From assembly GCA_043825735.1 (NCBI GenBank), contig JBDRRP010000093.1, positions 124,001 to 184,826 of the forward strand: DNA of 60,826 bases. The letters run 5' to 3'. This document shows positions 45,701 through 47,691 of this stretch, one piece after another. The position numbers and the translations under genes were made by a program. This DNA is from Pseudomonadota bacterium. Its GTDB lineage: Bacteria; Desulfobacterota; Desulfobacteria; Desulfobacterales; JBDRRP01. Under the pieces are notes generated by a model, which saw only the letters and a program-made list of their open reading frames with translations, had not been told where the DNA came from and made no database searches. The stretch's first letter is position 1. Each line of letters opens with the position of its first letter.

Positions 45701-47691
45701 CCGGCGATACGGGTCAACGCATTGGTCCCGTCGGTGACCGACACCGTTCCGTCACCATGGATGGTAAAGGTAAGATCGGCCGTTACGGCCGAAAAATCGA
45801 GGGTGTCGTGATCGATCGCGCTGGCATCGGTGACCGTGTCCTGCCCCCAACCGCTGGAGAAGTAAAACGTGTCGTCACCGGCCGAACCCGTCAGGGTGTC
45901 GCTGCCGGCGCCGCCGATCACCTGATGGATACGGCTGATGCCCGTGGTCCCCGTGGCGGTGCCTGCGCTCAGATTGACGGTAACGGGCGAAGTGAAGGCC
46001 GAATAATCCAGGACCGTCTCACCTTCGTCGCCGCCGTCAAGCGTGCCGGCGAATGCGGCGCCGTCGTCAAAGACGATCCGGCTGTACGCCCTGCCGTCGA
46101 CCAGGGATTCGATGCCGGTAACGGTATCCAGGCTGCGGACGCCGTCCGTTACGGAAACCGTGCCGCCGGCTGCGACGGTCACCGCCAGATCGCCGGTGAC
46201 GGCGGAAAGATCGAGGGTGTCAATCCCCGCGCCGCCGCTGACCAGCGTGCTGGCAGTGGCGGGCAGCGCAGAGACGACAATGCTGTCGTCGCCGCCCCGG
46301 GCATTGATCGCCAGATCATCGCCGGCGCCGAGAGTGGCGGTGGCAGCACCGGGGCCGGTGATGGTGCCGGCGGCCAGGGTCAGCGTATCGGCCCCCGCCG
46401 TGCCCGTGACCACGACGCTATCGAGGAGAAACGCCGCGTCCTGGAAAGCGAAGGTGTCAAAGAGCGGTGTGGAGGCGACAACGCCGCTGGTAAATTCGAG
46501 GGTCCAGTTGCCGCCGCGCCGCGCACTGCCCGTATCGTCGGTGGAGGCGGCAACGTCCGCGCCGGTAAGCGCGCTCAGTCGCTCCACAAAATCGATACCG
46601 GTTTGCCCCTGGGCCACGTTGCAGCCGTAGATCAGGATATCGCCGCCCTCTTCCAGCGCCTGCTGCCAGGCCTCGAGATCGGCGGCGTACTGATCCAATT
46701 CGTCTTTCTGGATAATGCTGCTGCCGAGCCGCAGCGCGCCCACGGCCCCATGGGAGATAATATGGACGGCGCTGATTCCCTGGTGCTGCTTCAGCGTTTC
46801 GCTGATCTGCTGCAGACCGTCGCGGTCGGCGTCCAGTACGACCACGAAGAGGTTCCGCTCGGCCGAGGGTACCGGCGCTGCATCGCGAACCGCAAGGATA
46901 TCCTCCGAAGCCGGTTGCACCGTCAACGGGTCCTGGTCACCCGTGACCGCGTCCACCGGGGCCGTGTGCAATGTCGCAATCAAGTGTTCGGTGGATGCTT
47001 CCGTCGATAGCGCGGAGCCGGCGGCGACGTCCTTGTCGGTGCCTTCAAAATCGAGTCGGTCCACCAGCGCATGGTAATCGGGAACGGAAGGATCGATAAA
47101 AACGATCTCTGAGGTGAACTGCTCGGAAAGAAGAAAAGATGCCTGGGGTGAAAGACCGGATGGGGGCGCTGCGGCGGCGGGAGCGCCGCCGGTGGCGTTG
47201 GCTTCGGCGGCCTGCTCTGATTCGACGGTGGTATCGGCGCCGTCAGGAGTATTATCCGCGGCCTCCTTTTCGAACTGCGTCGATGGGGCATCACCGCCGG
47301 CCGATTCACCGGCGGCGTCAGCGCCCGGCGCCTGCGCCACGGCGGCCGGGGTCGCCGCGGGAGTTGATGCCACCGGCGCAGCGTCACCCTGCCCGGAGGG
47401 GCCCTCTGTTTGTGTCTCGGCTTCCGGGATCTGGGTATCGTGCGCCGCCGGCGGCGCCGCCAGACCCGCCAGTTCGTCCTTGGCCTCCTGGAGGCCCTGA
47501 ACGGCTGCAAGCGGATCGGCAGACAGCAGCAGACGCTTTTCCAGCGCTTCGAATTGGATCTTGCCGCGTCGCGCTTCGTGCGCCGATGAGCGCTTTCCGG
47601 AAAACGCCGCGATTTTGGAAACAAGGGCCTTAATGCGTTTCAATTCTGGCTCGCTCCCGCTTTGTGCAAGTGAAGCGCCGGCAATCCGCAC
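9748..47691 (-). CDS. Giant (~12,600 aa) secreted adhesin-like protein: LEPR-XLL leader, DUF4347, RTX Ca-binding repeats, FHA/LktA-like beta-helix, PPC-like and tandem ~94-aa domains
   Basis: Uninterrupted 37.9-kb ORF. FEALEKRLLLSAD at 47515-47553; DUF4347 at ~46495-47115; many GGxGxDxL nonapeptides; A/G/T/V/D/S-rich. TTG 47643 (after GGGAG, giving MKRIKALVSK...) may be the true start rather than GTG 47691. Confidence 0.95.
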   Translation of the reverse strand: MRIAGASLAQSGSEPELKRIKALVSKIAAFSGKRSSAHEARRGKIQFEALEKRLLLSADPLAAVQGLQEAKDELAGLAAPPAAHDTQIPEAETQTEGPSGQGDAAPVASTPAATPAAVAQAPGADAAGESAGGDAPSTQFEKEAADNTPDGADTTVESEQAAEANATGGAPAAAAPPSGLSPQASFLLSEQFTSEIVFIDPSVPDYHALVDRLDFEGTDKDVAAGSALSTEASTEHLIATLHTAPVDAVTGDQDPLTVQPASEDILAVRDAAPVPSAERNLFVVVLDADRDGLQQISETLKQHQGISAVHIISHGAVGALRLGSSIIQKDELDQYAADLEAWQQALEEGGDILIYGCNVAQGQTGIDFVERLSALTGADVAASTDDTGSARRGGNWTLEFTSGVVASTPLFDTFAFQDAAFLLDSVVVTGTAGADTLTLAAGTITGPGAATATLGAGDDLAINARGGDDSIVVSALPATASTLVSGGAGIDTLDLSAVTGDLAVTVAAGGTVSVTDGVRSLDTVTGIESLVDGRAYSRIVFDDGAAFAGTLDGGDEGETVLDYSAFTSPVTVNLSAGTATGTTGISRIHQVIGGAGSDTLTGSAGDDTFYFSSGWGQDTVTDASAIDHDTLDFSAVTADLTFTIHGDGTVSVTDGTNALTRIAGVEGLRGGSGVNRFVFENGAVFAGTIDGGPDGTAILDYSAYSAAVTVDLGAGTATGTGGVVNITTVMGGAGDDTLTGDGFDNIFFGNAGNDTLAGGTGDDTYIFTAGGGTDTLIEDAGAGTDTLDYSALSTAVSVNLGAGTASGTTGVSHMENVIGGAGNDTLTGDDEDNVLSGGGGDDTLAGGGGCDRLLGGAGNDQLAGGAGNDTYVLAPGGGTDTITENAGEGIDTLDYSAYSTPVTVDLALGTATGVSGFGAANIENVVTGPGGDILRGTAADDTFYFATDWGQDTVVDPSTTDNDTLDFSAVTAPLTFLLSGGGALSVTSGVNSLTAAGGIETLTGGSSDDTFCFNDDWGQCTIADAGDIDEDTLDFSLVTKDLAFTLHDDGTVSVTDGVNVLNPSAGIDNIIGGGGINTFLFEDGSIFDGYLDGGAAGILDYHLYTSAVVVALGEMDVVNFTNGLFHELVGTATGTKGINRIQTVIGGQSEGDALAGPQSDSTWTIDGANAGNINGAITFSGFEHLIGHSKTDDTFVVTAAGSIGGSVSGNVYGPAGGTDTLEIDGGIYSQISTRVLSAMTRTTTVTLAGDATDAEQWQVTLSGAEGTTSHAVTVAGAATTLDDVAAALAADITAAGGGRYTADAVGHTLVVTRLDGSAFTTTLAVTPTAAVAATAVTRTLALSGEVTAGDVWQVTLTGAGGNSVHTVTVPVDAEGLDDVATALADHINTTAPAGTVAGVEGDTLVVTRLDGTAFSITAAVPAGSGATTGNTARTQTVSLTGTPTEGEQWTATITTAGVEAETRHKVEISGMDATLAGVAEALAIRIGDFAAAGYAACATGNTLVVTRLDGASYTVALAITLPGAVSDTTAPGSGWIDRDGDSLAFAGIEAVVDTAATTNRIYTATDGDDQIELSRDAATGRLRIDSVDDGFTDVSFTAPTGSLTLRGGAGDDTFTLGDLPAAAALAIDGQAGADRIVYEVQADAAAKDITFTAGSVALNGTTVVTYANTEDAENLVISGTDGNDLIVLAPGGAGRIVVSSANATFQAITVDTPDGSLAILGGAGDDTIDTTALANFAPDLTLDGEAGEDTLNIGSGAFGRLAFGTSNETVVFSGSMTDYVFDARPSIANRVRVFRPEAGKITVEDATDIGTRSITVADPSASLTINTGYNAPGTTEYVHLEGLGTLSADLTIDGGSLNKNADGGDAVVIEGDLILSGGHSLAVTAETITVDGGVTISTGNATGAAGTITLDGYHITLAAGASLLAEGATDGDIAIRAIDNVSLFTPLLDIDIADVDVVVSDGVTISGRDVTILASADSRQVAADTGTVGGSALNTLAGVLEGLLSFEATLSYVQSTANIDIAAGSVITGRDVTAYASSYANPSAAPTASLLFGAAVGIALTDATVDVGGTITATGDVALRATTDQTVNVVADPSGIKGIAIGVAASVIVSDTQVLVTDEAAITAGGSLYVMADTVDRNRTMARSTAGKDGSMGLAVAVSVEDGETNAFLDGTVIAGGDVVVSATMAQDMVPAKKLFVLPGSAIGTSASAGVGSNSKGDVLDDAKTAATSPIVTAVKGLIPVVKSKLTGKAAEFGPEAPADFGSSFDVAGAVAVVSDVNRTSARIGDGNLDLDDLSGTVDAQGAVSVISTIANAPYVSASAAAENNPDTAESNNSSKFSGSAAISIGIYDNDASAVINTDAVVDALAGLAVDAQAINNYVWCWGKNLVDPFLATADHTTEDAGPTVTVSPGETVEVCANHTGGGDVGTWYEYTGVAPRSIDLLTEDFTDESLWSGSNPTLDRGMNFLTTLTSYLSGDFGFSNWVGNTLTTATASGDKVAVAGAANFLELSHNAEAVIRSGALINQKAHTGTDQNVTVTAKSENEAIYLGGNISLPGVSASADKAGSINGVSYQGLNFDKSAGGGGTKGRGAVGVTLMGVDYHDTATALIEDGARLHADSLLVNADNGVIAVDVGASGGEAGNIGFNGAVIFNLVRNETLARIDGGAVIDVGSGLVFDPATTDPADNGSVIVSAVDSAYVIGVAGGVSVSEHVGIGAAVGVNVVLRDTQAVIGDLPGDVVSGTRGSFSALGDVAVRADNHGFIGAFVVAGSKAESKTPAPGSGTGGTGGTGSTPSTGTGGTQGSDGSAQSNADLASWQTKYSSVVAALSGNSSNAPGDTGSDTGDNANNAAQNKSAIGISGSVAINVITDDALATVLNTGAVTVAGGLAVSAENTTSVGSLAGAVAFASTKGAAATTGIAGAFGVNVLYGTTAAVVDGADSLALGGLVIDALRSGWTVSLTAGFGGATGQKGKAVGGSVGVNVTTYEVTAGLKNTTGLVAGDVRLAATDDTNLIAIAGAGGFGSKAGFGVAIGFSYTENTVLSEIEHLTDFQATGDLDVLATADGLIIAVTGSIGVATGSGGSGYAGAGTVSVNIVKNTVAATITDAVINDPALGPAAGDVTLAADDGTGIYSFAGAISYGKNLGLGAAIAVNTVTNEVTAAIADATLDTTGAVSAAATERTTVVALAVSGAGSEKLAIAGSVALNLCMNTVSTQISGSTLTAGGAVSQSSQDREIAVAVAGGVAASTTSSAAGAAIGVNLIYNTVAAEVNTSTIESTGSGITVDATAEAILVGAALGGAGGEKFALGGSVSANVIINTITAEIGGGSTLTATGDIIVSAGDSTTVVVVAGGFAGATQTAVGVAAATVYQENTIRARIDDASVTSTGAGIDVTAGMTPSTVPADPSTLALGTSGVEMPSASSAQIVNITVGGAGSTSGFAAGAGVSVNVINNTIEADILGGAVVTAYDSVALSAADASVIDAVAIGGAASGGGVAAGAAISANVITNTVRTAIDGAVVHAGVDAATGALVNFSGDVTLAASSAAIIRALAIGASGSSTTAVSVSALGNAVANTVAAEITGGAAVTAAGDVNLSASDAAPGILPTWLISAEKQTELNDALTDSPIDLTASILAVNVSVAGSGQTAVSVALMGNVVTNSVTTVISGSTVRAGVDDAGATINAGANVFLTSLATAGIVAVSVGVGASGNVAVQASGFGNVITNTLEAAIVDGAVVTAADQVSLGARDDSVIRSVGLSVAASGSAAVSAIVGANVITNTVSARITRATVISGGTLDLTAVSDADIMSFAGGVAASGTASVQVSVAANVITNTTRALIENSRDARFVDAGGAVTLLAKDSATVDSLAFGVSGSGSVAVGVALSANAVANTIQAEITGSTLNTGASLDLVAESSAIIRALAVGVSGSGGVSVQVTAMGNAVANTVTAAISAATVTAAGDVTLAASDIAPAVLPAWMVSADRMAEVNASLADSPVDLTANILAVNVSVSGSGTVAVNAALTGNVITNTVETGIFDAVVTAGMNADGTIADPGADVSLASLSSAGITSISVGVGASGTVAVDVVAFGNIITSTVDAAIFGGAAVTAGGDVILIAEDRSTIRAVGLSIAGSGAVAASIIAAANVITNSVAAEIAGSTVDAGGDLSLGALSDANIYSFAGGVAASGAVSVQVTLAGNAVTSTTEAAVTDRVYDADGNRVDGATAASTVDAGGSVFLAATDSADIDALAFGVSGSGAVAVGAALAVNVIADTTATAIAGSTLTAGADVDLVSESSAIIRTLALGISGSGAVSVQVTAMGNAVANTVTAAITGSTVTAGGDVTLSASDIAPSVLPAWMVSSGKMAEVNAAVADSPVALTANILAVNISVSGSGAAAVNAALTGNVITNTVAADITGSVVDAGGDVLMTSLSAAGIISLSVGVAASGGFSLDAVAFGNVITNTTRAAVSGASAVSAGGDVVLSATDDATIRALGLSVAGSGTGAVSILAAANVITDTVSAAVNGSTIDAGGDLSLDAASDADIMSFAGGVAATGVTGVQVSAVGNAVANTISAVIDAAAVDAGGAVSLSATDSATIDSLGFGVAASGGGGAVGMALAVNVITDTTETALRGTTLSAGTDLSLTSTSSSIIRAIALGVSATSDAAVQVSVLGNAITNTTTAAITDSTVTVGGDVSLSASETAPLIVPAWLIPADWATWLADAATDSPIALEGNILALMVSVAGSGGLAVNVAATGNVIADTVAADITGSTLTTGGDVVLTAAAQSAILSATVGVGASGGLAVDAVAMGNVITNTVRAEISDASTVHAGGGAALSAADRSTIQSLGLSIAASGGTAISMIGAADVITDTITARILGSTVTAGTDIALAAVADARIMAFVGGVGFARDVAAAASVTVNFIENTVSAEIAGSGGAPALASAGGEVTLTATDSSVIDSMAIGLSGAGVAAGGAAISENHIENTIEAGIEDATVIAGGDVALQAASAAVVRSLAAGLSGAGGASLQASITLNQIANTVSATIADAAVTAAGRVSLEALDSAAGAADYMAAMPIPADVVTSLTDSLSDTTAEATANILSFAGSVGGAGLAAGSAAAADNDIANTVRARIVDSEVISTASDISTYAGSDAKIVSLALGVGVSGGVSLNASVTTNEISNTIEAAVADGAVLSAAGDVTVEAVDESRIDSVSLSLAGALGAALGGAVVTNTIDNTTSAHVSGTSGTKKSRVRNADTLAISAQSRQAVSAVGLGASAGIVAAGAVVTTADISGSTLAYVGDYVNIGQGSGAAVGDLTISAITESSAAAESDAVSAGIGGATVNVATADITPELAAFIGDADVTVTGSVAVGARSEAEALAKTFGVTVGALVGLGASVSEATISPEIDATIGTGAVITAGQDITLSARHNFTAAGSRIDQGAIAEAEAGAGGLLSGVGADADAESSADVAAFIAGGTGTSVTAGGAVGIIAQGHNWSMADADGVSVGGVGIGTGLADATSAGATEAYANAPQLTAGSVEISARGRDTADAYARSGAGGILAGGGAIANATAASTTRASIGSNKTVTADGDVVISAAAVTETTATAEGINGGGLAVGVSEATAISTPTVSAYVGADTHVSAGTLLVSASLTYPTGGFSAESDATGSTGGLIGVDATVSTARSTGTVTGYVDDGAVLAVTDAITIQATGDSKQNADADSHVGGLVAAGGNVASAVSDIDTNAYLGSGVTVSAGSAIGGLTDGGLYYVVVDGTRRFSPTTDISGNRINLGAGHGLQTGDKVVYRTAAASLPVFGLVNLRTYQVVVDGEWISLFDTVTKAPVTSLNGAVATGSNHRFEIVNPRQVKLAASFSDATAAAPVTIDLVMPATLGADHSLTRYPGGAAADFDPAVALDADADAIDLGQGNGLVTGQAVVYRKGAGPALTITAGGTDTNFARSEAGSGGLVAGAGAESSVTADSTTRAYIANDTDTSDGLTTRLEVSSLTISAGHTARFDSQTDTIQASAVGFSGAWATNDVAATVKAFIGDGAEITTRDLVVTATNTTRKDLLGADDYNVNAGSGGVLQGNAAESETDIANTTKAMVGDDADIEVTGSISAPGRFQLTAFNDVEATDDVKLDSGGLIVGSGATSAIRADVNDALAAIGEGTRVTTVGDVNLETLTRGVLRAEPQVHTYGLASAAVVDGLASIHGDNQVAIGENAFIESQGAINLLAGRDHTGTKNYFLVTVHGDELNASAIPITDLDAHGEIVQDQSITVGGGARLRSARDANLLTEAEFTAEIWAYGSGKNWATAVASGIDSLLGSDGISEEMKGGSSTLAVSGTVVVDGRIEVGILKDQALVIERDGTASTQTDGISFTESQESLATNLIAERDHWYALLAEYAGDPVSEAAYQAEINRVETQMAQMGLYDADHDVYSSAYIVPYITVGDIWAQAGTINVWADDLLGGGRLMAPGDVTVSITNKSPSYLRVGRITIPDNQGGQVRFNSQAVTSNADIAGINAGALTPGFAQVLVTDPSDPGAPVPAITITNTFDGDDPQNAALSAQSPDIELAGDINAILATVTVQSQGSVISTGSINAGTLIISSGRDFVQTYTESLFNTGGNPGTQWQAVADITQAAKTDRSGVDADASGTTLQQAVYAALNAAPTENIIAANNVFISAQYLNINGTIQSGMPDRSVTLTAAMAAKISAAENAYDLYKAGNATMARTTVKSAGLETDDYTYFLLPAGGNIDAFWNAELDRIELESVKIEGGYMELFGQIVSTGGGSLKVTDGYGRIDIDNQTPYDIVTGGLDTGHGVEGLLRITDTSFTNAAGKPKVTEYRYEAGQVLKSEYYVGGSDPTPQTSAGRTAEYAPLDGMRYYWSNGQDYSEKVVTTYASSAWLGIDALASDPDNIVSGPTTTQVGELRALEDGEYVKDAGSVGADYSYDYRQVDNGTETTKRHSWEDSTWYGKTTYYLRETVTTPKKDIHAHSIRADRDIAVEFIGYEAGDANIGVTVASGGDIRINQSIQNEAGTTTLDSGGAIRMESDTAVVGGKSLALSADAGIGSGRVLATNLTDGAGGSLSAATAAGNIKIREVSGDLTVGLVTAAKGDVSLATGQDIVATAATLVTGGRITLAADYGDIGTLGTGGSAAAPGAGARALAIDTGSADRDSLIVKANGDVYVRETAGDLHLDSVETNGDVRIEVAAGNLTDVNTSEIQDPRTEAQLLALWDRMLATGATAQQSVDATIAAYEGGKTRDYHAYWRYRTGQADPGVYDAAFQVTLSTAERDFYTDYYTQQGLDAAAEIATLEVKRTAEYHSLHQTYGLLGDAYDANWSYDSGDAALHAAFGAADISGEAIDIGAHVFTTGQALAYHAGGGSIAGLVDGATYYVVVDVAGRISLAATAADATNAAGAAVISLGAVTGAGHTFSDADVLSQRAAWSDSQLKNTMSASILRPKTVPGTTVTLEDANIIGRDIAISASGRIGINEGQIDISLPLGGNLTDAQKFALTAAERQDVTFFYRAADGSLVEMAADDADRTAVLVRITLLEDVDLDAGGVISAAAGGDLNLGSEGSLAIDQITAGGEARIKVQQGLTGGRTDTLDPVNIRSGNLILEGESQSIGTDADPILVDLAAGARLIARAGDEIHIKGYQSDLNIQEVFANDLVDLRADGAILDADDDDAIVTSLDWDVRAQSISLTAGTGTDNLGGIGAAGHTLEIDLPAGQALWARADESIYLHELTGDMVLDSVTSRFGDVTLVADVSILDGDEGVPGNPAVDVAGNTITLVAQAGWIGASGDDLDVDTAHSGAGVLTTSSAFNTVIIEPDGDLSLGTVRADAGTAFIAALSGRILNGAGAGANIVSGKTYLFAAQDIGESGNALSTQVGSLEGRSTSGSVWITNTGDMTVGGVVAGTEPGIVAGGGVTIGASSPVILTEGITAASITVTAHDDADDAGSYPSGAAKTDDVVVKSGVALTATTGSVILRAGDDVRIEAGAVIAAHDLVQLYVDYGNADAGGGTVDIKAQVSGQRLEIIGESDADLIPLTFIGIETRVMTGGGDDTVAVGSNAGAAGNTGGTVNAIGALLDIDGGTGDDTVTVDETGESTGSDGTLTGTTLTGLGMGGSIHYANIEDLTISLGSGADDFTISGTHAQSTTLATDGGADTVRVKSVSGATTVNTGASADTVTVGNNAGRLAGIDGVLTLNFGAGTDSALFDNTGAGGDLTGTLTDAALTGLGMGGEIHYGNLEALDVALGTGDNTFFVQSTHAGQTTVTGRGGADTFNVGADAGDLTDGAGTTNAISGPLTIDAGGGADTLNVDDGGDAAADTLTVTADTLTGLGMGSGLGYANVEALNVALGAGADTVFIASTHAGTTAVDTGDGGDTVNVDTISGETIVSGGAGDDILRANYDATGQQTFASGIGAELSFHGQAGSDLAAVGLSGTGSSVINVIDETPAADLGADRLMIYGTNQADFFLFRPYAISAIEVDADRAPVIGGRVERVNYDGDINAGVAVFGRDGDDVFIFDDTNSPLTVYGDAGDDTFQVGQVFKSPRDAAAGLAPADTFDTTLTTQGYLSNGISLPATLYGGIGEDSFTVYRNTAEISLFGEEDNDNFLIRSFVKVDPNDPKAPYTNINGGQGEDFITYTVNAPVNIAGGDGRDVLTVLGTEFGDEFVVTDQGIYGGGLFVGYGGVEKVVLDAVAGNDTFFIESTNAAVETVLIGGLGSDTFNVAGGADANAPITVVSNDLMGHSGVIDFDVTSDVVNSDYTGVYVKDVVANVADNEAAGVIVVPLQGDLRVFENAAAPAGLVLAQYAVVLTRSPEEDVRVTASPTLPTEAETTAGGHGVALNGSEAGVTLLFDKNNWFIPQIVTVTAPDDALAEGFRYYEIKHAVVEGSRADDGGEYDGLAVRSLSVEAVDNDAAGVVVAQTDGETVVAEAGAVFAAGGALSSTDAYSVVLTAAPAAGQTVTIHIATDATGDVRIIDGGGNPVSTLTFTGADWNVQQTVFVEAIADAVTEGDHFARITHQVVSGDARYNGISAAFVDAEILDGTAGVLITQTGHSTDVIEPTTEVVMGTGQVSSQIDGTHFVGNFGVAELNEMSGNDSRNVPQDLEIGSWGVSYSEDIGDSETIPHLTVTGTGDGTRDYYAFVVTADMLSGGPIGAAFDIDHGFEYIGGNFDSVWWSATLRIFGPDGSLVTKNNYSAPATGNGGSSTWFDAYAATTLSEAGTYIIEVGNAWLTSGISGVPLGADYDLQVSVGNHKTGTFTFSPSPVFEEETVNNIAQSIDDQNTWYVYYNEDIGNTPVGSVDYNTPYTTVIGVGDKSVDNYTFVITDAMLSPVAGVIENSPDGLNYYLNGAVDLNGLVEAGDVWNVKLNGESYAYTVQAGDADLADVMAGIAAVINADTGAFDTATASVDAANGQIDIQDPNGFRIDAVTQQVQVAGEVTRTESTQGVSFTDARIQLQLTGAPVAGERWSLLIDGAECSYTVLTGDTLTDVRNGLIAAVSSGYSPATVGSDTICLSAAGGFTLDFAQTGDSPKATAVIAGTPDQSTLGAVTFTSADIALSGNVTPNEIWTLRINGTDYATKVTAGDDLASVAARLKNLIDGAFNPQVAGDIISLASADGFTVTTGIAPTTDGSMTSAATACDTIVLAGPVIAGETWTVALDAGAGALTYGYSVAAGDLDTAAVAAGLAGVINAAGGDYRASHDGGTLVVVHTGAAVFSSAYTVTSAPAAGSDAESDTLALAGAVTAGETWTVALDAGAGELTYGYTVAAGDVDTAAVAAGLAGVINAAGGDYRASHDGGTLVVVHTGASAFSSAYTVTSAPAAGSDAESDTLALVGAVTAGETWTVALDAGAGAITYDYTVAAGDADTAAVAAGLAGVINAAGGDYRASHDDGTLVVVHTGAAAFNSEYSVNGGAAQSGSDAESDTLALAGAVTAGESWTVSLDAGAGELTYDYTVAAGDADTAAVAAGLAGVINAAGGDYRASHDGGTLVVVNTSAAPFTSAFTITGQPESGVDGEATATPLSVAPGGGINIGEQWQVALDELDDGIGVATYTYAVKAGDSGLADVVQGLADKINSDTAGGYTAIWDGATVYIVNKNGTAFSETTHVEPPVTVGDLTVAGTPDADWTQDIVLDGPVAVGDRWTITVGGTAHTYTVSSGDGNLNDIASGLAGVISGATATAVGGGTLRITQTSGAAVAVDKVEQLRVAAGSDSGSIDGRYHYNSAVVKFQKEGRLLEGEKWAVTVHGKTYSTTVQTPPGPSSGETVADVAAALADLITADSAAHFTATATAGTLTISGLDGDTVETSLGEGTVHAVFDVDYGNVLQSTIKENHYQTIDLGPLGVHTILTGITFHDIVTSPALRLFDAGGNLLAQNINGVWIDAGSASTFDPFLEYTFDTAGTYQLNVLSYRDSVDDYGPAKEGWYGVAKGLSYQLNMSIENHRYNPDVLSLNGKTITVTGGAGAGQTAKITGYDPETQTYSIDTAWAGIDNTSTIEISYLTATELSGYGEVSDTFTVVLTSAPAAGETVTVDVTPLITRTYNADLAFVDEAGNGVHDEIQVTVDTPQLIFTDADWNIPQTVTVTAVDDAFVDGGDAKVFAAMNAQVSRIRGPLSLDGGVRVSEDVYLNTPFTLPGETNWPVPDGDIESAGTVGGLATFTDAQITYYDPLAGEKSGFDPRMNDALYAVTITSGALMGTVMTVDHVTGTTIYFTTDWPAGAAPAAGDEFYYTPVNPNVNVIEADQVDTLRVYNTNSPSGDTALLTEDRISGLGMGPDTVLGGVALPGGIQYANFEDLEIHLGFGSDTLTIESTHTGATAVFGGAGDDAIDVKTISGHTAIYGNAGADTVTVGSDAHRMDQIGALLTVAGGGGADTLIVDDSGDTEANGGRLTQSTLTGLDMPSDPETVEITVRATGGTFKLTTAGFGTDAGLSAAANVTRSADAATVTLGYNMTETDFAARLAALYGADGIQVEKSISGYTITYTVSFTGELAGIDLPALTWAETLADTGLEAAAGASISADVDIETIRDGSLSPAVNTAQTLAVDATAGTYRIGLRGFTPVYTYDRNNPGVVTWTDYVYDAADQASIVWTGSIAFNASAADVQAALDPILNPNKSRSDLPHTDNVSVRKTGSDLLVTFQGEYRALAISDMDTAALSGAVTVDTRVDGLNYYGVETLNVNLGAGDDRFLVAGTALSTVTTLSAAAGDDTIRVSNDDKSLDDVLGDLNIIAGSGINTLEIDDSGATGADGAVVITSAAVTGLAPAGITYQTGDPAGTFAGGITVWTGTGGDTVSVESTHRTDGVRTITTLNTGAGDDAVTVNLDAATDGFFAVNTQDGNDGLNAAASTLPLIIFGGDGDDTLTGGGADDIIFGDLGRVTYLDDAGQAVTVLGNGSPEIGTTTDITAGVASRGVTLAGAAAVGETWRVALAAGGSALATGTYTVLDEAVETSESIAAILADALTADLAATGVTGFVVSTAGSRIVVSSVNGQPLFDLSAGVTREDRTDGVIRDLAALSAVSMDTGGDDVIDAGDGDNTVIGGFGADSITAGTGADTILGDNGTAAYTAGVLTEIRSTDTDGGTGGADTIAAGDGDNRVMGGVAGDTITTGTGVDVVLGDGGQALFDAAGVLTQMASTETGLGGDDTIDVGDGANLVLGGFGADSITSGAGADTILGDNGEAVYTAGVLTEIRSTDTDGATGGADTITAGDGDNVVMGGVAGDTITTGAGVDLVLGDGGQALFDAAGVLTQAASTETGLGGDDTIDAGDGVNTVIGGFGADGITAGAGADTILGDNGAAVYTAGVLTEIRSTDTDGATGGADTITAGDGDNRVMGGVAGDTITTGAGVDVILGDGGAALFDAAGILTQVASTETGLGGDDTVDGGDGANVVIGGFGADSITSGIGADTILGDNGEAVYTAGVLTQVAATENGLGGDDTVDGGDGVNVVMGGFGSDTLTTGAGNDTILGDSGQVAFDGSGRITDILSIDLALGGNDQVLGGAGDNVVLGGTGNDRVTVLEGDDILLGDNGHVFYTDGRATRVLTTDVDPGTTGDDTLDAGDGDNIALGGGGNDTIITGSGADLVLGDNGAVDVTVAGLVSGAATADPTFGGDDQIASGDGSDVVFGGAGSDFVNVDPATGLAIGSDSGSDVIFGDNGAAAFSTGTGSSVLVSLETTDPDLGGDDVLSGDGGVDMIAGGGGSDRLMGGDGGDILFGDNGAISFAGGVPVQIVSSGTFGTAGSADIIIGGEGDDVAFGSSGDDILTGAGGDDILLGDDGVLNLAGGLPALLFGTYCESGGEDQITGNDGDDILMGGAFSDILLGGDGFDILFGDNGRVVFAGGEPTFAETAFCPNGGVDYLDGSTGTGVIFGGEGIDTGLGSFPADALIGEYGYVVIVNGKIVEVYPPLHMLFGNPVGTGFDETTPSVIFGSLLGLTGPGTVFGSGLGTLITSPAVIGGLMPSHSGGYGMMPGNRSGIPGSDVVEAETHTLPDGTVERIYSNGTIQRIRPDGTASVQSSDGTLVQTDADGTITIVLPDGTTTIILPDGTVIRTLPDGTTTSTAFDGSVLEADVDRPERSAHPLPETAHDDIQLSALVAGLSGWGLASSGPSTSGARLDRDGFERLDREMKNKRFRRWRDGRIEKSSSGHMPPGEKEGVPFISFPLLKLIDRRSHASEN
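11870..13200 (-). repeat. Intragenic tandem repeat, 351-bp (117-aa) RTX unit, three full copies plus a partial one
   Basis: Marker GTGCTGCGGA recurs at 12341, 12692 and 13043 (351-bp period). Encodes ...GVLTEIRSTDTDG(A/G)TGGADTI... Confidence 0.9.
17780..18835 (-). repeat. Intragenic tandem repeat, four near-identical 282-285-bp (94-95-aa) units
   Basis: Marker TCGCCCGGTAGTCGCCGCCGG at 17811, 18096, 18378 and 18660. Encodes ...AAVAAGLAGVINAAGGDYRASHD(G/D)GTLVVV... Confidence 0.92.
32450..36930 (-). repeat. Five diverged ~350-376-aa macro-repeats in the beta-helix region
   Basis: The marker 'AP.(V/I)LP.W(M/L).S...(A)E(V/L)N..L.DSP(V/I)DLTA(N/S)ILAVN.SV.GSG' recurs at ~36877, 35785, 34657 and 33607 (spacings 1092, 1128, 1050 bp), with a degenerate copy near 32540. 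Confidence 0.8.

Noticed and set aside
10318..47500. Long plus-strand ORFs opposite the giant gene (e.g. 20521..23340, 44314..47010, 17806..19773, 33299..35095)
   Set aside because: Antisense shadows of a GC-rich repetitive CDS; no recognisable protein motifs.
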